Positions 55,481-64,000 of a DNA stretch of 64,000 bases are shown here, piece after piece; the stretch's first letter is position 1, and the number at the start of each line of letters is the position of its first letter. Below the pieces are notes generated by a model. It saw nothing but the letters and a program-made list of their open reading frames with translations, was not told where the DNA came from and made no database searches. Both the position numbers and the translations under genes were made by a program. Origin of the DNA: Eledone cirrhosa (Eukaryota); assembly GCA_964016885.1 (NCBI GenBank), contig OZ024741.1:184326001-184390000 (forward strand), in the 5' to 3' direction.

Positions 55481-56154
55481 TGATCCCTCCGGTGATCCAT
55501 ATTATTAAACACGTGCTTAAAATAGAAATCTTCATTATTGTTATTATTGACAAAGATAGCAGTTGAGATATTGTGTTGTGGATTTCTTCCAACCTTTTGA
55601 ACTCCGAGAAAAATACCGCCTATATAAACTTTGCCTTCCATCCTTCCGTGGATCGATGAAATACAGTACTTGTTAGGAACTTATGATGTGTTAATCAACT
55701 GCTTCCTACCTCAAATTTAATTGACTGCTTCCTACCTCAAAGTAGCTGGTCATTATTTCCATGATATAGTGAGGGAGATGGTAGCGATCTAGTGCTCTTT
55801 CTGTGAGGAGTTTATCTATATGCATTGGCTAAATCTAGCCAGCCCACTGTCAGGTCATCCTTACCTTTCTTGGCCACACGGATCTGATGATTTGTATTTA
55901 GGGACAAGGTCAATAATCTTTGCGGGAAGGGAAAAGGCGATTATATCGATCTCAGTACTTAAATTGCTTTATCGTATTTAGCTATGATTCAGTACGTTCT
56001 CGGTTCAAATACCGTCGAAGTCAACTAGGCTCTTCATCCTTCCGCGGTCGATAAAATAAAGTACGATTCAAGTACTAGTTCGACTTTCCTCTTCTCTCAA
56101 ATTGCTGATTCTTATGTCAGTGCTAGAAAGAATTATTACTACTGAAAAACGCAG

Positions 56155-56365
56155 GGTGTGGCGGTTTCGGTAGAACGACGAACAAAATGTTTTTCAGTAT
56201 TAGTTACATTATTCTATGCTCTGACCTCAAATTCCGCCCAGGTCAACTTTGCCTTTCATCCTTACAGGGTCGATAAAATAAAGTACCGGTAACGCACTGG
56301 GGTCTGTTTAATCGAATTTCATCCTCCATTCGAATTGTCGGCCTTGTGCCCATGTAGAAACAATT
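56155..56365 (+). mobile_element. SINE, long subfamily (older copies also at 55580-55740 and 55975-56135)
   Basis: Core GGTCAACTTTGCCTTTCATCCTTACAGGGTCGATAAAATAAAGTACC and tail. Confidence 0.8.
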
Positions 56366-57002
56366 TTTACTATAAGTAGTAGTCGTTGTAGTATACTAAT
56401 GCAATATGCATGAGTATCACTGAGGCAGTAAGAGAAAATAAAATAAAAAAAGATAAAGCATAACAAAAACAAAGAAAACAGAAAAATATTGAAAAAAAAA
56501 ACTAATAGAATTATCGATGGAGACAATTTTATTAGTTATAAAAGTGATTCATTTGTAAAAAAAAAATTAATTATTTTCAAATTATCATAGGACTAGAATT
56601 ACTCTTTATCTTCTATTATAATTCCATTCACATCGAAGACGCGCATATCTTTTGTTCAGTTTTGTTTTTTCTTGTTTCTGTCTTTTCTTTTTTTTTTTTG
56701 ACTGATCAGCGTATAATCACGTGTTGTAGAATGGAGATGGGCTGTGAGGAGGGAGTAAAAGGGATCTTTGAAACAGAGCAGAAATTAAATTAATTATGAG
56801 AGCAAATATGACAGCGAGACATGATGACAAAGGTTCAGCTGACTGTTAGAACGGAATTGTGTAATTTGAGCTTCTTATATAGAAAAAAAAGGAAAATAAA
56901 ACAAGAATAAAGATAGCGAAATGTGATGAAGAGTGTTGCGTGCGAAATATCACACGTTTGGCAGAGTATCAAACTGGGGCTTAATCAAATTGATATCAAC
57001 CT

Positions 57003-58127
57003 AAATGAAAAACCGAACTCTTCTCATTCGTCAACATTGCTTTATCGAACCCCTGCGCCAAACAAAAAAGTATACAACAAAAAGTGGCAACAACGTGGCA
57101 AAGTCAACAACCACCACAACAACAATAACAAATCGTTACTCGTTAATGATACTTTTGAAATGCAAAACTCCTGCTATAAGAAGAAGAGAAAAAGTGTTTA
57201 TATTAATAAAAAAAAGATATAATTCCAATCCCAAATCCAGATAGTCAGCAGACATAGTCATGTGGTTAAGCAGTTATATATTTGTAATCATGTGGTCACG
57301 GATTCGATTATAGATTCCGAGACGTGGGCAACTGTCAACTACAGTGGTCTCCAATTGACCACTCAATGCTTTGAGCAAGTGCAATTTTGTAGATGGAGAC
57401 TGTGTGGAGACATGTTGTATGCACACACATTCACACAGGGACACGCACACGTACACATACATACATGAGGACATATGCTGTATAATTTTAGTGTATCTAA
57501 GTCGGTTATTCAAGCACAGAGTGTTCAACGAATCAACAAATAACCAGTGCTATATACGAGAATTAAACAAAACTGAAAAAATGAACATTATATACATTTC
57601 ACAAAGAAAATATTGGATATTTACCACAAGTTACACTGCAGGACATCTGGACGTTTCTATGAATGTTCATTACGTCAGCCACCGTTGAACAAAAGACTGT
57701 TACATTGTCACGCATAGATATATATCAGCCGTAGTGGTTGGTATATAAATTAACTCTGTGTTTATATTTACATGTGGAAAACTGCATCGAGCTGTGTACC
57801 TTTATCTCAAAATGTAACTTACTGAGTCGATGATTAAAGATCGATAAAATAAGTATCAGGCTGAAATAAGTATTTCGGAGAGCTATATGATCTGTGGCGG
57901 TAGTTTCCCAGCATGATCGATATCCAATGAATGTACTAGTAAATGAAAAACCGAACTCTTCTCATTCGTCAACATTTCTATATCGAACCACTGCGCCAAA
58001 CAAAAAAGAATACAACAACAATGACAACAACGTGGCAAAGTCAACAATAACAACTCGTTACTCATAATGATACTTTTGTAATGCAAAATCCTTGCTCTTA
58101 GATGAAGAGAAAAAAGTGTTTATATTA
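57003..58127. repeat. Direct repeat of about 190 bp (57003-57205 and 57941-58127)
   Basis: AAATGAAAAACCGAACTCTTCTCATTCGTCAACATT occurs twice with colinear downstream sequence. Confidence 0.85.
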
Positions 58128-58279
58128 GATTGGCGGAATTGATAGGGCATTTTTCAATACATGGTCCGGTTGTTTGTGATCTGACAGCAACGCCTGCGAC
58201 AAGACTGGTGCCAATCATAAGACGAAGACCGATAAAGTCTGGCACCAGCGTCATTATTTAGTTGACGAGGAGCTAAATA

Positions 58280-58316
<37 letters not shown>

Positions 58317-58331
58317 ATAATAATAATAATA

Positions 58332-58364
<33 letters not shown>

Positions 58365-58399
58365 ATAATAATAATAATAATAATTATTATTATTATTAT

Positions 58400-58454
<55 letters not shown>

Positions 58455-59549
58455 TGAAGGTTTTTTTCCCAGAATTTTTTTAATTTTCTAACTTTTTCAC
58501 ATCATGCAAAATTATTTTTAAAAAGAACTAAAAAAACACAGCCGATTGCCTTAGGAAAATCAATTTTAAGGACATCCTCTATTTTCATACTCTCAATTTC
58601 GGTTAGAATAATCACGAAATATGATTTTTTTCTGCCATTGATAGGTACTTTGATTTAAAGAGGTGCTCTGGTAAATTATACTTTTATCAATGGGTTGATT
58701 AGTTGCTAATTATAAAGTCATGCGATAATGTGACCTACTTTGAAGCATTTAGATGGTCGCTTTCTAAAGGTTTCCGATAACGGAAGTTGAACATTAATAA
58801 ATATCTGCGATAATTTCTAAAGGTTTCCGATGATTGAGTTTAATTCTAATAAATACTATATTGATGCATAAATGAATAGATTTTCATAACATTGTTTCAT
58901 TACGCTAAATATTTCTACTTAGGTTCCAATTTCGTTCAATATTCAATGCCATGTATAGCAAAGCAATGAAACACCCGAATGTCAAATGACACGTAAAATA
59001 ATGTTATAAATAAAAGATAGATAGATACACTGATGTTAAGATAGCACATTGACTGAGTTGTTAGGACGTCGGATAGAACAGGCATGTCAAATTGAGGGTC
59101 CCCCGAGGGCCACAAGAGCCACATATGTGTTTTCCGAGGGCCGCACACGACAACTAATAGTGCACATTACAACACATTTTTTAAATTTTTTATTACGAAG
59201 ATAAAACATGCTCTTGCTTTAAAAACCTTGTGCGGGCCGCATGTGTGCTTGTAAATGGCCACATGTTTGACATGCCTGGGATAGAATGTATTTGTTCAAG
59301 TTCTACGTACGCTCTGAGTTCAAATCCAAATGGGGAAAATTTTACCTTTCATCCAAACGGGATAGATAATTAAAGGATTAGCCCACAGATATGGATTGGC
59401 GGAATTGATAGGGAATCTTGCAATATATAGTCCAGTTGTTTATGATCTGATAGTAACGACTGCGACGACACTTGTGCTAAACTTGTCCAATCATAAGATA
59501 AAGTCTGGCACCAGTATCATTCTTTGGTTGACGAGGAGGTAAATAACTG

Positions 59550-59617
<68 letters not shown>

Positions 59618-59620
59618 GTT
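58128..59620 (+). repeat. Two copies of a SINE-like unit with (CTA)n tail (58128-58315 and 59394-59620)
   Basis: GATTGGCGGAATTGATAGGG...GATAAAGTCTGGCACCAG...GTTGACGAGGAG.TAAATAAC(TAC)n. Confidence 0.7.
59079..59278. mobile_element. hAT-type MITE inserted in an old SINE
   Basis: TIR CAGGCATGTCAAA / TTTGACATGCCTG; exact 8-bp TSD GGATAGAA. Confidence 0.92.
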
Positions 59621-60109
59621 ACTGCTATGGCTGCTGCTGCTGCTATTATAGCTCCTGCTGGGTTTAATGATCAACAATATTATAGAAATAAAGGGAGAAT
59701 TGTTTGGCACTGTGTTTTGTGAGCAAATAAATGTTTTCGCATTACCATAGTCGGCACTGATTTGTTCCTTTGACGTTTCTTCTTAATTCAGCTCTGCTTG
59801 AGCAGCTTATATTCAAAGACGTTCTAACAGTAACTATTCCATCTTTTATTTATTCATGAACACATTATTTAATGCATTCTTTAATAAAGGTGGATTGTGA
59901 AGGAATGTGTTAAGGAATTTGCTTTTCAACAAAGTAGTTCTACCATAGTTCCTGTTGACCAATACCTTATCAGTTTAATTTGGTAGACAGAAACGGCACA
60001 AGAAAAATCTCTTCTTTCTCTCCTTCTTCCGCTACCTCCGTTTCTGTTTCTATCTCAATAAAATAATTATATGCACACACACACAAACTCCCCCCCCCCC
60101 CATATATAT

Positions 60110-60392
<283 letters not shown>

Positions 60393-60394
60393 TT

Positions 60395-63120
60395 TGTGAA
60401 ATGGGTGGTGGTTGAAATTCAGTTGTGCACGGTTAAATGGTAGTAGACGTAGTCGGACGGACTTGAAAATTTACACACCTATGTAAAAAGTGCCAAGGAG
60501 GCAAATAGACGAGGTTTCAAATCTCTAACTTGAAAAATGTGGTCCCTAGGGCCCCAAAACGGTCTATTTACTATCGCTTTCGGTGAGTTATTTCTCCTTG
60601 TTCTACTACTCGGATGGGTTATTTTCCGTAGTCGCTTTAAATATTCATTGTCTTATTTACAATTTAATACAAATTTTTTTAAAACTCAGCAATTTTTTCA
60701 TAACATATCAAACACAACGTTCTTTCGCTGTGAACATACAGTACCGTTTTATGAAATCGATTCTGCAGTACCATTTTACGAAATGCCAAACCGAAAACGG
60801 TCACTGTTTTCCACCAAAAGAAATAAAACCCTTAAATTGCGAAGAAGGGAGGCGTGTTCTCAGGTACGTTTTTTCCGATATCATTTTTATTTCAATTCTA
60901 ATACGTGTTAACCACCACTAACAGTAAGTAGTATTTTTCAAAGTCAAATGAAAAGTTTAAAGAATACATGCATGTAAACTTAATGAATGGGATCTATAAG
61001 CCTTTGGGTTGCCGAGTTAATTCATTCATTTTTTTTAAAATATTCATTGTAAACTTAATGGATGGGATCTATAAGCCGTTTGGTTGCCGAGTTAATTAAT
61101 TCAGTTTTTTTTTTATATTCATTGTCTTATTTCATAACATATCAAAGACAACGTTATTTCGCTGTTAATAAACTGTTGCCTTCTACAGTACGTTTCATTT
61201 TCATTTTTCAATTACAGTTGCTCTATATTAAATTTAAATAATAACGATCATACAGTACCGTTTTATGAAAGCGATTCTGCAGTAGAATTTTACGAAATGC
61301 TAAATCGAAAAGGGTCACTCTTTTCTAACAAAAGAAATAAAACCCTTACATTGCGAACCCCCTGTTCTAATACTGGGGTTAGTTATTTCCCCCTCTTCTA
61401 ATAAACGTCTAATATATAGAGGCCCCTCTTGCTGACCAGGGCAATCAAAGTGTAAACTGTCATACAAACCTTCATAATCTGCATTTTTAAACTTGCATAT
61501 CATCGACATTGCTATTTCGCTGTTAATAAACTATCACCTTCTACATTTATAGTTATTGCTATTATCCTTTTATAACTACTTCGATGGCCAATTCGCCTTC
61601 ATGTCTTCTTTTAATATTGTTTTTCCATTATAATGTTGAATAAGATGCCCACACACAGCTAATAGATAAAATCCATGTCGGTTTTTCTTTTTTTTTGCCC
61701 ATTTAGGCAACCTCTTCTTATGAGCAGCTCCATCAGCACCAACGCAGAATTCTGGAGGAGACTTCAGAGGCAAGGGAGTCCCGTCTTTCTTCTCAGCTTA
61801 TTCAACCACAACGCTCACATTTGGCGGAAACTTCAGAGGTAAGGGAGGCCCACCTTGCTGATCACCGCACTCGACGTCAACAATTACTTCTCAACGAGAC
61901 TGCAGAGGCCAGGGAGGTCCGTTTACAGGACCTGTGCACTCGACGGCAACAATTACTTCTCAACGAAACTGCGGAGGCAAGGGAAGACAGGCTGGCATCG
62001 AGACGGCGTAGACGTCAGGAACATGTTGCTGCTACAAGGGACACCTTTTGGTCAAAAGTTGGCTTCAACTACAATCCTGCTTATGACTACGCCAATCGCA
62101 CGGATATGACTCTTGGAAAAATGGATAAGGTATGTCAGTTCTGTGAGGCTAAGAAGTGGGTAGGTGAGGCTCCAGGTCTTTTCGGTTCCGGGGGCAAGGT
62201 TCAACATCCGGCGTTAGCTGATCCTCCTCATTTTCTCCAATATCTTCTCATCGATAACTCTACGCACGGAGTGCACTTTCGCAACAACATTTGAAGGTAC
62301 AATGCTTGCTTCGCTATGACATCTTTCGGTGTAATGGATGGCAGAAATAGAAGAACAAGCACTGACGACACTGCTGTCGCCAGTACTTCTCGAAACAACA
62401 ACACAAGGCTGAGAGAAAAACTCTACACCTACAAAATGCAAGGCCAGTGTTACCATCTAATGGGAAGCCTTCGACCACAACAAGGGGAGGAACCGAAATT
62501 CTTGCAGGTATTCTTCAGGGGCGGGAATGATGAGGAGCTTTCCCACAGATGCAGGAATAATTCTCTTATTGACCGAAACATTATTGCGGAACTTCAAGCC
62601 ATGCTCCACACAACCCATCCGTACGTCTGCGAAGTGAAGAGTGCTTTGGATCTTTTGGACTCAAGACCTGAGATGAAATTGGTCATCAGAGCTGACAGAC
62701 CTCCTGCTGGTGAGCATCCTGGACGTTTCAACGCTCCAAATACCAATGAGGTAGCAGCGATCATGGTTGATGAAATTCATGGCAAAGGTAACATCATCAT
62801 TCAGCACCGCGATAACAGACTGACGTTCGTGGCGGAAACCCATCGGTCCTACGATTGTTTGCAATACCCACTGGCGTTTCCCTACGGCGAGGATGGATAC
62901 TATTTGCAGATACATCAAGTTAACCCGACAAGTCTTAATCCTTTGCCAAAAAACGTTTCCAGTATCGTCGCTCCACTTCTCATTGTACGCCGTCCATCCC
63001 CAAGTGCATATTTCTATTTTTTTTCCTGACACTACTTCTTTATAATAAACTTTCAATAATATTTTTCAAATTATTAACTTAATAAAAAGTGGCCCCGGGT
63101 GCAACCGGGCTCAGCTGCTA

Positions 63121-63121
<1 letters not shown>
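60395..63121 (+). mobile_element. Internally deleted Helitron (5' boundary approximate)
   Basis: 3' hairpin CCCCGGGTGCAACCGGG then CTAG|T; internal direct duplications at 60.6-61.55 kb; Rep fragment inside. Confidence 0.8.
61821..62965 (+). pseudogene. Helitron Rep/helicase N-terminal part (in-frame stop at 62292, truncated before the HUH and helicase domains)
   Basis: ETAEAREVRL repeats; CQFCEAKKWVGE; FRNNI*RYNACFAMTSFG; QGQCYHLMGSL; GEHPGRFNAP; HRSYDCLQYPL.FP.GEDGY. Confidence 0.92.
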
Positions 63122-63183
<62 letters not shown>

Positions 63184-63330
63184 CGTATTTAAGAAAGCCA
63201 CAACAATGCAAAGGGAAATCTCGAGGTAGGAAGTGAAATATAGATAGGAAAAACAGGTGAAAGTGAAAATTGAGAGAGACAAAGATGAAAACAAAACAAA
63301 GGTAGAAGGGTTACCGTAGTAGAGATTTAA

Positions 63331-63366
63331 TCCCAATATTTCGGGCTCACGCCCATCAACGGGGGA
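63331..63366 (-). ncRNA. Degenerate minimal hammerhead
   Basis: tccc CCGTTGA tgggc gtga gccc GAAA ta TT ggga; stems intact, two core substitutions. Confidence 0.6.
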
Positions 63367-63569
63367 AAAGTTCCAAAAGGGGGGAAACAGACCAAGCGGA
63401 GAAAGTTGTGATGTCGTTAAGACAGGAATGCCGTTATGGGGAGAAAAATATTTAAAATTTAAACGAGGGAAAGAATGCGCGTGCGCGTGATAGGCTGTGG
63501 CAAAAGCTACTGACCAAATGGGTTAAATCAAGAGGGTGCGTTAGCGTGTGAAAGCCGTAAGATATGTGT

Positions 63570-63940
63570 ATGTAAATATATATGTGTGTGTAACTGTGTG
63601 TGTATAAGTGTAAGTGTGTATATGTGTGAGTGTGTGTGTGTGTGAAAGATAGTGGGCTGTAGAAGTTGGAAATCAAAGGGTGTGAAAGGTGGTAGGTTGT
63701 AAAATATGTGTGCGTGTATAAATATAGATGTGTGTGTGTAAGCGTATGGGTATACATGTGTGTGTAACTGTGTGTGTATATGTGTGAGTGCGTTTGTGTG
63801 TGAAAGATAGTGGGCTATAGAAGCTGGAAATCAAAGGGTGTGAAAGGTGGTAGGTTGTAAAAACATGTGTGCGTGTATAAATATAGATGTGTGTGTGTAT
63901 GCGTATGGGTATGCATATACGTGCGTGTGTGTGAAGATAG
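63570..63940. repeat. Tandem repeat of about 160-170 bp
   Basis: GTGAAAGATAGTGGGCT..AGAAG.TGGAAATCAAAGGGTGTGAAAGGTGGTAGG occurs twice, plus a partial third unit. Confidence 0.8.
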
Positions 63941-64000
63941 CAGGCCGTAGGCTGTGAATGGTCATTATGGTTAAGTTAGCCATGTCAGCTCATTTCTCTC

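Overview
AT-rich eukaryotic window dense in microsatellites and made almost entirely of transposon debris. The dominant tRNA-derived SINE suggests an octopod cephalopod, which is inference. No intact host protein-coding gene is visible, and most ORFs in the track are (TA)n/(CA)n/(TAG)n artefacts. Recognisable elements: more than 30 copies of one tRNA-headed SINE family; Penelope-like element (PLE) remnants (RT YLDD motif and GIY-YIG endonuclease); RTE, HERO-like and CRE-like LINE fragments; two mariner relics; a hAT MITE with an 8-bp TSD; three non-autonomous Helitrons and one deleted Rep-encoding Helitron. The main hidden signal is about 19 type-I hammerhead ribozyme (HHR) motifs, read by eye. 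Most sit in short fold-back (palindromic) elements inserted in (TA)n tracts, which look like PLE 3' ends. In several elements the fold-back centre coincides with the ribozyme. Some have a ribozyme-less arm, some carry variant catalytic cores, and one family occurs as flip/flop loop isomers. All coordinates and folds were derived manually.
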